Source of the DNA: Tubulanus polymorphus
Taxonomy: Eukaryota > Animalia > Nemertea
Direction: 5' to 3'
NCBI RefSeq assembly: GCF_964204645.1
Contig: NC_134028.1
Span: forward strand, 7,440,001-7,504,000
DNA length: 64,000 nucleotides
The notes beneath the pieces were generated by a model, which was not told where the DNA came from, made no database searches, and saw only the letters and a program-made list of their open reading frames with translations. The translations under genes were made by a program, and so were the position numbers. Positions 37,991 to 51,830 of the stretch are shown piece by piece; positions within the stretch are counted from its first letter, which is position 1; each line of letters starts with the position of its first letter.

Positions 37991-40870
37991 ATAGTTAGCC
38001 AATTACTATTACTATATATAAATATAACAGAAGGATTAGTCCAATTCGTCTGTTATAATTAAAGTAATTATAATAATAAAAATGATAAAATTCATGCAAA
38101 AAATTTAATATCAGAATTTATATTACTAATATATTTAAGACCATCTGTAATTATACATGTACCATTTTCAACTTTCTCCTTGTAAATGTATTACGGTCTA
38201 ATTGTCATTTGTAAATGACCTGAATTTATCGGAAAATAAAGTAAAAACTTATTATTAATATATTTAAGCGAATTTATATACCCCGGTTAGAAAAGATATT
38301 GACAATTATTTTTCTTTTGATGCTGTGGGAATTCATCTTGTTTATCATTCATCTATTTACTGCTTCAGTTTGCAAACTCATCGTAAATTCAAATGCGTTA
38401 TTTCTCGCTACTTTAAAAAAAATGAGCGCCGACATTTTTGAAAAGGAGATAATTGATGAGAGGATCTTGTTTTGAAACATTCAAAGGACCTGCTGCACAC
38501 ACGCAGACATCGTGCTCAGAACGTCGACACCTTAAAGAACAAGAGGCTCCTGTTTGGCTGATAGTGGTTAAACATACCAGCGAGAACGACGATCAAGTAG
38601 TTTTCGTGTGAGAGATAAAACCGACCGGTGAACGATATCTTTGATGAAAATCATTCCCCCGAACGAGCCATCAAAGACATCGCGATCGTTTAGTAATTTT
38701 CGACGGGATAATTTTAACGCGTAATCGAACTTTTTGAAAAACTCAGCAGACGAGATGATAATGTTCACGATTTTACGCGCATTGCGAGCTCAAGATAAGC
38801 CAGCGATAAGAGCTTAAGATAAGCCAGCAATAAGAGCTCGGCTGTTCAATCGGATACGCCTAACGTAACTGTATCAATGGCTGCTTGTTTTTTCCGCCGC
38901 ACCCTCCAGCTCAACTCCGTACCAATCAGGGCTATTCTTCCTGTTCATAAAGTAAATATTTTTTTTTGTCAGACGTGGCTGACAAACTCTTTTCATTGCA
39001 GAAACCGATGCTCCTCTTTCTAGTTGCCATGGTTACGACACAAGATGAGGTCAGACGGATAACTTTTAAGTCTTAGGTCAAAATTATCCGTTTAACCTCA
39101 GCTTGCGGCGCCACCTACGTTCATCATCCCTGGTGCTACTTATTAGCGACATCGTTTCACTAGAGCGGATGACCCATCATGTTTGCAGGTTCTAGTTTCG
39201 TAAAGCTGACTGAAAGGCAGAAGCGATTTCCGATCGTTGGAGTCATCGAAAATGAGAGTTTTTCAGAAATTGTTAGCAACCTTAAAGTACCACGATGCTC
39301 AGTCAAAATCTAATGAATCGTTTCCGTGGGATCCACTTTGTGAGTCTTTTTGCATTGGGATTTAAAAGATATTTTAGATCACTTCGATTGTATTAGCGAA
39401 TATGATTTGTGTTTGAACTTTTGAGGGCCTTGATTAAGAAATCCGGAAAGTGAACCGACGATATAGGCTTTAATATTTCGCTGACATTAAAGCGTTAGCG
39501 CGGCGTGCGTCGTTTTGAGTGATGTCATATTGTTTAATCTCCAGACCCGCTTGATATCCGTCATGATCTCCAGTAAAGGAAGACGCGTGGGCGGTGTAAG
39601 CCGAATAGAAAATGTCATCATCAGATTTTCAGCGATTAAACAGCACAGCGCTTTCCTCCTCCTGCTTCACTCGACACCGACCAGTACCCCGATTTCCAGT
39701 CGCTCGTTCCCGGCGGTAACGGAGTCCACTTTTTAAGCGTTTGTTATACGGGGAAGTTTGTTTTTACGCGTTGTTAGGTTGACGGTGTACGGCGCGTACT
39801 GGTTTGAGGAAATTGCATGGTAATCAGCGGGTTTTCGGGTGATAATGAGAACCGTTAGCGGTCGACCCAGGGGACCCGGTGAGCCTCCCTTCACAGGTAT
39901 TGTCTGCGTCAACCAGTCGAGCATTTGCTGCAAATAGTGTCATCCATCTTCGCCACGCCGACAAGATACAGTAATACCTAGGGATATCTGTCTGGTGCAG
40001 GCAATGTCAAAATTTAGTCATTTAAATCTGCTGAAGTCGTCAGTATGACCGATCCATCTACACACTGTTTGCATAATTTGCAACCAGACCTATGCGGTTG
40101 CTATATCCTAATACGGTTCAAGTCGGCGTCTTCTTTTTTTCTCCTAAATCACCTCGCAGTTTAAGTAACTCGATTGCGGGAATATAGAACCTTCTTCGGG
40201 ATATCGCGTAACGAGTCGGTCTTGAAAATAAAACCCGCCTCGCTTCCTACGCGAACATAAATAATTTAGCACCCTTCGGTACGGCGGCGGAAATCGGGCA
40301 AAAACCATAACAACAAAAGCACACTCGATAGTTTTTTTTCGGATAAACTTGAGACATCCGTGTTCCTTGAAAAACCAGAAAGAAACTACAAGCGAAGCAC
40401 ACTATTGTTTGAAACCTAGCAGTATCCTATTACAATGAAAATCGCCTCGTCGATATAAGCATATTATTTAAGGCTCGTCATACGAATAATAATTTTTTTT
40501 CTATTTCATTTATAACAGTTTACGTATTACATACATCGGATCAGTAGGAATTTCCCCTGCTCTCGCGCTTACTACAAGGGTTAACGCAATATTTACCAAA
40601 TATTTCCTACTTCACGCCTGGCATGCAGGCATGAAATTTTTCTGTCGATTCTGAACTGAATCTGAGTAGATTTTTTGCTCTCTCGCGGTGTATGTGGATT
40701 AGAAAATATAGATTCTGGCAACTGTCTTCAAGATAGCAACTATACGGTGAGTTACAGTTTCAATGGATACGGTGAAATTTATGAAGTAAGCTTTTAAGTA
40801 TATGCATGAGCTTTTTTGCAGTAAAACCTTGCAATGAATATCGAAGAATTTTTCGGCCGCTGGCATGAGT

Positions 40871-41130
40871 ATTAATAATAGTAATTTGATTTCTATTGGT
40901 CCCTTATCACTGTGATAATAGTTCAACGGTGCATTAAATCGGTATTATTACCTCCAGCCTGTAAAACTCTATTCATGTATCAGTCATCTTTACTAGGGGA
41001 GAAGAACATCCGAGCAACTACTGGGCGCTCAGGAGTCATCTCAGACCGGGTACCCATTCACTCCTGGGTGGAGTCGAACTTGCCTACACTTGCCGGAAAA
41101 TAAGATAGGTTGAAACCCAACCGATTCGAC
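40871..41130 (-). mobile_element. tRNA-derived SINE copy (head degraded)
   Basis: Shares its body with 33410-33739 and 15990-16265. Contains rc CTCCACCCAGGAGTGAATGGGTACC, a central motif of the kind conserved in invertebrate SINE superfamilies. Confidence 0.75.
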
Positions 41131-42549
41131 GCTTGTGATCATTTCCGCATTAAACGATAGACACACAGTAGATCATTGAACGTTGTGTCGAGCTGAATAC
41201 GTCTTAGATCAAAAGTTTCCGATACATCAGTATAGCGCTTTGATCATCGGTTACTGAGAACGCGAAAAACAGATACGCGCGCGGTCGTTTATTAGAAGAC
41301 TATACGCAAACCTGAGGGTAAATACGTTGTAATGATTGCTGCCTGATCGACGGTTTATAATTGTCATACTTTTTGTGTAATATGTTCGACCGAATCCCTC
41401 CCTGTTCATAATCAATCTATTGAGATCTAGCTCCGACAATCTGACTATAAGAACGGGGGAATATCTCATTAGAACGTTGTTTAGTGATAGAAAGTGTCTT
41501 CGACGCATTTAACATTCCTGAAATTATTAAGCCGTATTTCATGTTATCATCATGCACGAGTGTCGTATCGTACGATTAATATTTTGACGAATAAAGTAAT
41601 ACCAATATCAATTCGTTCCCATCTGAAATTATCTATCTTGTTTTCTATCTTAAAATTCGGATCGACCATTATTATCTATTCAATCGGTAGATTTCGTTTG
41701 ATTTTTTTTTTTTTTTGATTTGATGCCCCTTGCAAAACCTACCACACCTGCCGGGAGCGAAACCAGGGTTTTGATTTTGAAATCGGAAATCTAGTTTAAC
41801 GCTATACGATAATCAACTTAAAAGGATCGAATTTTTAGTTCAGATTCTCAGCGTCCGACAAATCAATAATCGGTTCGGTATCGATCCGATTTCAATAATC
41901 GATCGGACAACGAGCTGATTAGCGATTAAGACGGTTGATTTCGAGAAGATACTGTTTGTTCAATGACTCGCATGATGTGTTATTGAAGACCACACGTTTT
42001 CGTTCCTAAGTCATCTTCCGTTAAATAGTGTCTGTCGGATATAAGCGAGTAAATTCATTGTGAAAAAATATGGACAAAAAAACGATGCAAATATGTCAGG
42101 ATTTTAATCAACTAATTGCAATAAAAAAAATTTCGGTGAGGGTTTTTTGGATGAGCCGCTCCTGCATTATGGAATGATTCTGCCTAGTCGTCATTAGGTT
42201 TAGTCTTACACTCGAATATTTTGAAATTAAATCTGAAAACCTACCTAAACGAACCTATATGTTCTAGCTGTTATCAAACAGATAGTTTCATGTTGAGTAT
42301 TCACCTAGTGTTTGCTGCATTTATTTTCTAAAGTTAGTTTATTTCATTTCAAGTGTTGAGTTAACATTGCGCTATATTATCAAGAAAATGAATTATCACT
42401 TTTATCTGAATACATAAAAGTGTAGACGCGCGGTTTATCACGAAGGCGAGATATCCGAAAATTGATGAGATCAGGTGTTGAAAATGAGTAAGTCGCTGAA
42501 TGTTATACGTTAAGAAGTGAATGAGAATTGGAAAAAGATCTTCACTTAC

Positions 42550-42589
42550 CATTTAATTCGTCATCGCTTCGTGTAAACTTATAGTCCAT
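42550..42589 (-). CDS. Candidate first coding exon MDYKFTRSDDELN+G (phase 1)
   Basis: ATG at 42589 is open to AATG|GTAAGT. It is preceded on the minus strand by a GC-rich promoter-like island (42690-42850) with an Inr-like TCATTC and a GA run. Confidence 0.4.
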
Positions 42590-44570
42590 TGAATATTCGT
42601 ATATGAAACGTATATAACTCGAGAATCTTTCAAACGTCTAGAAAGAGAAACGTTTAGGAATTCCGGCTTAGTTCATCACGATTGACTGATGCGCCGGAGC
42701 GATTTTCCCGGAGTGTCGGCGGCGGCGGTGGCGCGCGTGGTGTCTGTGTAAGTAACGATGATTGCGGGAATGATTTCAGGAAGCGCGCTGTTGCAATACG
42801 CGCACTAGTTGCGCCCGCGCCGCCGCGCTATCACTCTCTGTCTCTCTATCTCATTGAGGGACAGGATGAGCCAAATCAATGAACTGTTGAATCCAAATTT
42901 AGAACAAATATTACATTCACGTGCTTAGTACTATTACTACACATTTTTGATATAGCTGTTACGATTAAGAGAGTCCACTTATTACTATTGTACTCTGGTG
43001 TCCATGCAAGATGAGGTATTGCCAATTCAGGTTCTCAAAGTCATTATAGGCTGCTGACCCTAACCATAACCCTTAATTCAGCGATCTTTTACAAGAGGGC
43101 ATAAATAGGGGGAGGCATTTCATTATATGACACAGGGTTTTGTAAGTTAGAAGGCACGCGTGCTAACGCAGTAGACCAATAGGAGTAGTGCACTTGACCA
43201 GCGATTACACAGCTTGCCCTATACGCGTAACTTATACTGGTACTTGTGTGGAAGTTGGCCTTGGAAGTCAACGTTTGATCATACGCGTAAATCGAACGCA
43301 TGTGAGGCGGCAACTGTGATAGGTCTGACTAGTTATTTCAATTAAAGAACGCCAAGTCCGTATAATGCCGAATTAATAGAAAATCTCACGGCAAAATCCC
43401 AACGCATTTATCGATAGTATTGTATGGCTAACATTTGCATTAAATGCGTAAATCGTTTTTTTTTTAAGTTTCATATCAAACAAGCAATACATCGCAATAA
43501 TCGAAAGCAATAATCGCACAAACCACGCTGGGCATTCGAACCGAGCAACGCGCGATTTCATTTCCATATTTTCGTAGATATTCTCAACTTGCATATAGAT
43601 TTGCGATCATTATATGACTAGACTGTAGAAATCGATTTCTTGAAATGCGAATACGACGTTCCCAATGACCCACCGGTTAAAAAGCGCGACTGGTGCGCAT
43701 GCGAACTCGGATCGATTGGGCGCGTATAGCATCGGCGTTAACGTAAAACGCAATAATTACAAATATTGACGCTGTCTTCCACTAATCTCTGACAACGATG
43801 GAAAAAATATATGTCGAGTATTCGTTGCTTAATTTCTTAATCGACCCTCGAAAATATCGATATCAAAAACGCATGAACATAAGTCGCCATCTTTGTCAGT
43901 AAGCGGATCAATACAGATTACTTGTTTCTGATACGTATGGCAAGTCGCCAGCGTCGGTTAGGAGACAAACAATCGCGTCACATGCGAAACCGCTATAGAC
44001 TATACCTATTTTCTTGTAAATTATTGAATGTTAAGGGGATATTTGTAATTTTTTACATCGGTCTCTCTCTCTCTTATTTTTGGTGCGTTCCTGCCAAACT
44101 CATCCCACCTGTCGGGAACGAAACTTGGTACGTAGATTTCGAAATCGGATATCGAAAAGAGCGAAGGCGTGTTGTTATAACACGGTTTTTTCTATACTCC
44201 AGTGTACGCAGAGAAGACATGAATCGGTGTCAATATCAATTTATCTCACGGTGCGTCCATTTTAAAAGTTGCGTGACTCAACCACGGCAGAATTGTAGCG
44301 TTGTTTTCAGTTCGGGCACGTTCTACAGAGTGACGGCTACCGCACGAGAATATCTCACCGGAGATGCGCCGCTTTCCCGTGTATATTTACGCTCGATTGT
44401 TTTTTTTTGTCTCCTTTTCGCAATGAAACTAGCACACGGAATCAATGTGTACGCTCGCGGGATTAAGACACGACATCCATTCAACTGAAAGTGCTTCCGC
44501 CGAAAAGAATATCATATGTTAAGTTTGATCGTTCTGATGACTTAATTCTTGCAAATTCTGGAGACAGTTT

Positions 44571-44802
<232 letters not shown>

Positions 44803-45779
44803 AAAAGGGACGGTCTAGAAAAGCTGAAAGTCCAAGGTCCAGACGAAGAGAAGAGGCATTTTCATAGGCTTTTATAGCGGGCTCCCACCCTCGCCGAAAA
44901 TTAGCAATTTGCGAGAAAATGAGTGTCAAGTTTGACGCTTAAAACGATATTTGACTTCAGGGAAGGGGCAACCTCAATGAGAGAGCAGGGGTCCGGACCA
45001 CCCCGAGATCCGCCCCTGTAGAATATGGAATGATAAAAAAGACAAAACTCTTACAACAACACATTTCTAAAAGTACTCGGAATCCAAATGATGGCCGCAA
45101 AATAGTCTAACGTTCCCAGTTAAAAATCAAATTTAAGTCGAAATCTAATTCGGAATTCGAATGATTTGTGCTGTGAAATTAATTGACAATAGATATTTCC
45201 ATTTAATGTATAATACCTAATAATAAGATCTACCGCGTAGATATAAGACGCATTGAAGATATCGATATATCGTAGTAAATTCAAAACAATGAAGTCGTAT
45301 TTTCATTCAACGTACGTATACAATATAAACAGGGTTGAGTTCACAAGCAAGCAATACACATTCTAGGTATCAGATTCATACAACTATCATCGATTATTTG
45401 AATACATCAGGATATAATAAATTGATGGACGGCTGTATCTAATTCATTATTTACGTTTATATATGAATCTACCCGCTACTGATATGCATCGATAAAATCT
45501 GACTTAGATGTCACAAAGTTGCGTTACACCCAACCCCTGTTAATATTTCAACTCCAAGTTTAAAACTGCAGTCGTCGAGAAAGCTTCGTTCGGCTCAAGA
45601 CCCGTTCCGATGCGATGCGTGTTTAATAGCTTCGACCACTCCTATAATCCTTGGTGCGTCGTTGTAGCGTCTGCAATGCCGAGGTTCCTTCTGCGGGGAG
45701 ATGTAGACTCTTATTGTAGATGTGGCAAATTGAAGTCACAAGGATGTGATATAAGAACAATGAATTATAGATAATTTTG

Positions 45780-45980
45780 CAAGTCTGTCAAAAGCTCTCC
45801 AAACTGACGTAAGCATACTTATCAGAAATGCTAAATAGAGGGAATATTGTATAATTTTAGGACATGATAATAATGATAATAATATTAATGATTTTAAGAC
45901 AAATGGGGATGATGTAAAGAAAAATGAAAACGCGCTAATGCTATAGAGGCTCTCAGTAGCAGCCACCTGGAAGCATATAC
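45780..45980 (+). mobile_element. Probable CR1/L2 LINE ORF2 fragment
   Basis: DVSILIRNAK*REY...NGDDVKK...ATWKHI resembles the LIR.AK..YY....GD.KKTWK region between the endonuclease and RT domains. Confidence 0.45.
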
Positions 45981-46608
45981 GTCGTATCTGAACCACTGCG
46001 TGATCGCAAATACCTATATTTATGATATTCAAATTTCAATTAGGCACATATCACGTTTATCATGAACTGATATTGACGCTAATTAACCAAAACCCGAACT
46101 CTAGAGAGAGAGAGAGGTACCCTATCGGCGAAAAGTGAACACCACGCGTGGGGACGCATTAGTTACTAGAAGAGTAATATCGCGTTCAGTGAAAAACGTC
46201 GTTAAAAGCAATTAGCGGATGGCAGTAGAAGAATGATGCGCGGGGATATTGAACGAGAAACTTGTGGTTGCTATCAACATCCGCCGTAACATCCTCGGTT
46301 GATGGATGACCCGTTCTCTACCCGGTTGTTCGCTAAGGTCTAGGTATTTCCGTCGCATGTTGACGCATCAAATTTGTAGGAAGAAGCAGAGACGCGTGTA
46401 TATAAAATGATGCAACTAGTATCTGCGCTGGGTAAAACAATTTGTTCGTTGTTTTGTCTACGTCCAGATTCGATGACTATGATTTATAATGAAAATGTTC
46501 GAAACGCTGTTCGATCTGGTGAGGATAGGGATCAGTAGAAACCCGAGCAGATAGATTTGTTCGAAGATAAAGCACCGACAGAAACTACGATTCATGTTAA
46601 TGTTTAAC

Positions 46609-46803
46609 ATCGGTCTATTACATATTGCCAAGATTTCTTGGGCGGACAGGTTGCCGCTAAGCGGCCATCAGTCTGTATATCTAGCCAATCAGATGCGTAA
46701 GCGAATCTGCCGTTAAAAACAGCGCGTCTGATTGGCTTGGACTGGTGGCCGCTTAGTGCCAACCTGTCGGCCCAAGGAAATTTGGGCAATGTAATAGACC
46801 AAT
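46609..46803. mobile_element. Palindromic MITE-like element
   Basis: ggtctattaca/tgtaatagacc, cttgggcggacaggttgccgctaagcggcca/tggccgcttagtgccaacctgtcggcccaag and agccaatcaga/tctgattggct pair along its whole length. Confidence 0.85.
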
Positions 46804-47074
46804 GACGGGATTGCGGCCAGGGGTTGTTGGCGTGAGCTTTGGCGGGAGGCAATCAAACCCTGGCGCCCTGGCAAGCGAGGATGCGCGGGCGCGTGTAGCA
46901 ACAAGTGCCACTTCAAGGACTTAGAGAACCTTACTGACCTATGTGCATGATAACTATTTGAGAAAGGCGAATTATTGAGCGCGTTTTGACGACGACGAGT
47001 AGATTATCGCGGGATTCTGGAATTCAAAACGCGGATTTGCAAATCCTACGTCCATATGAGGCGTTTTAGTCGCA

Positions 47075-47221
47075 TCAGACCGGGTCAGTATAGGCGACCA
47101 AAGATTTACTACCCTGATAAGACGCAGTTTTCCAGTCATTGGAGCTATTTTCCATTCCATATAGTTCCTCTTCAAAATTAGGTTCAGTGACGTTGCCATG
47201 GAATGTTGACTGATTACCCAT
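47075..47221 (-). CDS. Candidate smORF or first exon MGNQSTFHGNVTEPNFEEELYGMENSSNDWKTASYQG...
   Basis: 48-codon ORF with an MGxxxT start and three N-x-S/T sequons. A weak phase-1 donor (CAGG|GTAGTA) follows 47113. Confidence 0.3.
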   Translation of the reverse strand: MGNQSTFHGNVTEPNFEEELYGMENSSNDWKTASYQGSKSLVAYTDPV

Positions 47222-48785
47222 TGCAACGTGAGCCCTTCTTTATACAAATAGAAGTTCATTAAAATAGAATAGCCCCTGGCATTCAAACAAATCTATCTGT
47301 AATGCTTAAAAACATCGACTGCTAAATTCACCAATAATGCGCAAGCAAAATTCAGGTAACAATTTCTCAGCTTGCGTCGAGCTGTGAATCTTTTCTTACG
47401 CTTCCAGGGACCGGGATTTTGGCTGCACCCAGGGAGAAAGTAAATCGTGTTATGACTTTAACATCGGAGATCAGATTTAACTTCTGAAAGGCTTTTATTG
47501 AATAACAAGTCGACGTCTAAATCGCTAAGCTCGTCTATTCTCGGAACACTAGACAAGGCAAAAGATATCGAAGCAAAGGAATAGAATCTAAGCTGGATTT
47601 ACCGAAAATGAAACGCACCCATTGAAGGAAAAGGGATAATGTTTTTTATACGTTTAATCCAAATCTTACGGTGAAACTCGATCGGAGGTAAACAGGATGA
47701 AAAGAATGTACCTCGAACAAGAAAGGTCCTTGGCTCTACGTTGTTCCAAGTGTTCGTTTTAACAGTAACAAGCAATTCGAGAATGTACAACATATTGACA
47801 TTTTCTTCCAATGCGAAAAAAAGATCTTACTCAATATCTATAAAAACTTCTCTTGTTGATAGATTTCAAACAAGACAAGTGTCTTGAAAGATCGCTTTAT
47901 CATCGCACGCGCTGAGAAACGTTCGACAGAGGGGCAAGCGTGCACTGTAAGGAATTCGGTATACGTAAAATGATTTTAAAACACATTTTGACCGTGTCGG
48001 AAAATAAATAGTATTCGCAATATACATTTCTACATTTCTCACAGTTCATCCCGTTCAGTACGGTCACAATAGTAGTTACTGGTCGTAAACCAGCCGGGCG
48101 TTTGGCCATGCGGATATAGGATCTTCGGTTTCTACAGTTAGGTCAGAGGCTCTTTCAATCAACTTTCAGTCACCAAATAACTTCGCAGACGCATTCACGC
48201 AGGATATATTATCTTTGATTTGTTTGTCATCTATCTTAGTTTTTTTAGTTATCTAAGATGTTTCCTTTTGATATCAATTCATTAATCCTGTCTGATTTTG
48301 TCAAAGTCTGATAAACATGTTAGGTCGTATTGGGCTCGTTGAGCAAATAAGACAAAAATAAATCCACCTTCCCTAAACCGGAAAAAATAGGATGAATAAT
48401 CGGGATAGACTTTGAAATTTGCTTCTGCCAACATAGAATCCTTCCTTCAAATGCAACCGATTCCGTTTGTACTCTGCTTTTCGAACACTGGGTATATATA
48501 CACGTACATCTCTTCAGCGCGGGCCAACTATATCATATTTTCTAAGTCATCGGATAGTTAGGTGTTAATAAATAATGGAGATTTGCTGGTTATAGTCGCC
48601 TCTTAAAACATAAGAAAAGTTCTTAGTCTATAAAGTATTCATAATGCTCGGCTCGGAACGAAAAAAATGAAATATCGACAATGAATAAAACGTATCTACA
48701 TTACGTAGATATTTCATCGCGTGAAAAAAAAACAAACTAGATTTACATCATTCCAACGTATTTAAAATAACTTAAGCTATTTGTT

Positions 48786-48890
48786 AACAAGAAAACTAAC
48801 TTGAAAGTTTTTTGACGCCTTGAACAATAACAGATTTATTGCTCGAAATTGCAATCAATAGATGATATGATACAAATGATATGATGAGTC
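48786..48890 (-). mobile_element. Helentron/HINE-like element, 3'-end fragment
   Basis: aacaagaaaactaacttgaaagttt.ttgacgcc matches the start of 51401-51830 and the reverse complement of the 36060 end. Confidence 0.75.
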
Positions 48891-50010
48891 CACTGACAAC
48901 CGGGCCGAGTAATCTTCAGGGTTCTCTTGGAGGGTTCAAGTGGGTATTTTTTCTACCAAATACGTCTACATTTTTACCCGCGATACTACCATCAAAACGA
49001 CAACTATAGAGAGTCCACTGACGTGTTGCACGTGCTCCCGTCACAGACGCTCCGTCATCGGTGAATGAACTTTATTGAAAAGCTGAAAGTAACTTGGTCT
49101 ACTTCATCGGTTATGGGTGTGTATAGTTCGGCGATTTTTTTTCTGTTTGTTTAGTAGTTGTTTTTACAGCCCGTGTGGGTAGACCGACTCAAATCGTGCG
49201 CAATAACACTTAATTGTAACTGTTAATCGTCAACCATTGATAACACTTGTTCGTGAAGTCGTATAAACCGAGTCGTTTCGACCGGTTTACGACGGTTTTA
49301 CGACTCCCCGCTCAGCGATACTGCGTTGACGTTGTTACGAGCGACGCATTGTTGCGTGATGACTCCCTGACGTTCCAACGATGCGCCGCGTACACATCTA
49401 CGTGTTTCACCGTCAGTGTTTTGAAGTACAACCGCGTGTCTATTCTCCAGGGTATATTACATGGCAGAGTGTTTAGTATACAAGTTAGCCAGACGTTTGT
49501 GAAATCCGTAAATTCACGCGCGGTCAGCAAACCAGTTTACGAAGTATATATATACGATTTCAATGGTAATAGGTGTTTTAAATGATTTATAACCCAAAAT
49601 GGTTTCGTCTCGGCCGTCTCGGGGTCTATCGTCTCGAATTTTAGTGGAGATCGCAAATATCATTGTAAATTAGAAATCTTAGATTTTTTAAGAATCTAAA
49701 TTTTTATTGCCGGGTCCCACAGTCAATACAGGAAATTAGTTTAAATCTTGAGTTTGAAATTAGAGTTGACCATGTCAGAATTTCATGAAAATACATCAGT
49801 ATCCATTTATTTCTGATAAAATAAGTATAATTTTCTATCGCTTCCTCGCGAAAATCTAATACGAAAATCAAATACGGACTAACACGGATTTTGCGGATGA
49901 AATTTTTTCGGATGACATTTGAGTAAAAAGTGCACTTGAACTTCTGACCGTGTCGATCGATACGTTAGACGCAGTCAGAAGGTCAGATCCGCCCTTCGCA
50001 GTTTACTTAC

Positions 50011-50086
50011 AAAATACTTGGTCCTGTCTTTTATATATCTCGTCCACTAAACATGGAGATTGACATTCCACTGACATGAATTTCAT
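50011..50086 (-). CDS. Candidate first coding exon MKFMSVECQSPCLVDEIYKRQDQVF+T (phase 1)
   Basis: ATG at 50086 has an in-frame upstream stop and is open to TTTT|GTAAGT. An upstream CpG-rich and purine-tract promoter-like region lies at 50100-50370. Confidence 0.35.
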
Positions 50087-50537
50087 TGATGAATAATTCA
50101 CAAATGAGAGAGGTAGAGGCGGTCAGGAAGCGATGAATTCAGTGTCCGCAGTACCGGCACGTATCCCTAGCGCATCGCGTCGTCCAGCCGGTTCAACCGC
50201 GTCAATCCTACTTGTTCGGTTCATTCATTATTCAGAATTGCGGAAAATTGTTGAACGGGATTTTAAAGGAAGCGGGCGCGTTGTGTCACGTTTTACTCAG
50301 AAAGTGGCTCTGTCTGGTCTTCCTTCTTACTCTTTCCCTTCCCCTCTCTCCCCACTCTATCCCCCGCACATAAAATATTAAATTCACGGGGCTTGGCATT
50401 GGACGAATTGGCCAAAACACAAAACAATCAGCTTGGTAAGCTTTAAGGACTTAGTGGACTTAGTCCGCAAACGCAGCTTCAGCCCAGGCGCTTAGATGGC
50501 AGCATGAAATATATTTAATTTCCTTGGCATGCCCACG

Positions 50538-50619
50538 GACGAGGTGGCCGAGTGGTTAAGGCGATGGACTGCTAATTCATTGGGCTCTGCCCGCGTGGGT
50601 TCGAATCCCATCCTCGTCG
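50538..50619 (+). tRNA. trnS-GCT: tRNA-Ser (anticodon GCT)
   Basis: 82-nt cloverleaf GACGAGG...CCTCGTC-G with A box TGGCCGAGTGG, anticodon loop CTGCTAA, long variable arm GGGC-TCT-GCCC and B box GGTTCGAATCC. No intron. TTTT at 50652-50655 is a possible Pol III terminator. Confidence 0.97.
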
Positions 50620-51400
50620 ACTGGTTGATAATTTGCCGAAAGCACTATCAGTTTTATATGATTGAAGATTTTCTTATTCTTTTTACTTCAATCGTCAATA
50701 GCCGCCGATGATCTCTAGTCTTTCATGATCTCTAGTGTCAGATCGAAACGTCGTTTTTTTTACATGTTAGAAATAAATTCTCGATTTTGAATTCTTTTAG
50801 TTGTACATAATGGGCTTTTTTATCTGATTGTCAATAGCCGTATTTGCTGAAATTAATGTCCGGTATACATACACCTTAAACCAGTTAGGAAAAACATTGC
50901 TGTACATACATAATTCGAGATCCAAAAATATGATATATTTCACATAGCGATAATGACATCCGATATCATCTTCTTTTAAAACTATTTGTCTCGCTCCAGG
51001 AAACGAGTCGTATTCCCTTTTCATCAATAATGAAAATAGTTCATCGCATTTTATCAAACACGTTTGATCGAGATGTATATTTTTCTAGAAACTAAATGCC
51101 ATAAAATACAACGGTTTATTTGACGTCTAGACTGCTTTTAGTATATAAGCTATAAAGTGGATGTCTGTGTACTGCAATTATCAATTCATATCGTGAATTC
51201 ATATATTTATTGATACTGTTCTATGGGTTTATGGTTTTGTTTATGCTTATATCTAATATGACGCTAATGTTGACCAGCCTTCGATATATCTATTAGCTCG
51301 AGACGGGCTCACGAATAAACACTAAAATCGCATTCTGACATTATATCAACAACCGAAGACTGTGTACATCAGATGGTTTGCTGTATGAGCGCAGCGAAGT

Positions 51401-51830
51401 AAAACAAGAAAACTAACTTGAAAGTTTATTGACGCTTGAAAAATAACCCATATCTTGCTTGATATCTATCGACACGCATTATTAGGTCTGTAAAATAGAT
51501 TACGTAATATTAAGGATCAATAAATTAGTTATTTGGATGAATACATCGATAATTACCGGCAACCAGTCTAGCCGGATATATTGATGACGTAGTGCACATC
51601 CTCTCAAAAAACAATTACGAAATTCATCAAAAATAAAATGGAAGTTATGAAATAAATTCAATTGCAAAATAAATGCCCAAATTCACCACTTAAATCGTTA
51701 CTTTGTTTGAAAATCTAATATTGATGTCGTAGTGCGCATCGACTCAGACAGAACCCCTTAACTAACGTCACAATAATTAACTTACTAAGTATCAATGTAT
51801 ATTAACATTATTTTCATGGCGTCAAAAAAA
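51401..51830 (-). mobile_element. Helentron/HINE-like element, copy 3
   Basis: Reverse-complement homolog of 35669-36060 from end to end (AAAACAAGAAAACTAACTTG...GGCGTCAAAA). Confidence 0.8.

Noticed and set aside
43922-44488. 188-aa ORF
   Set aside because: Non-ATG start, no recognisable domain and random-like composition.
50529-50711. 60-aa ORF
   Set aside because: Chance frame overlapping the tRNA-Ser gene.
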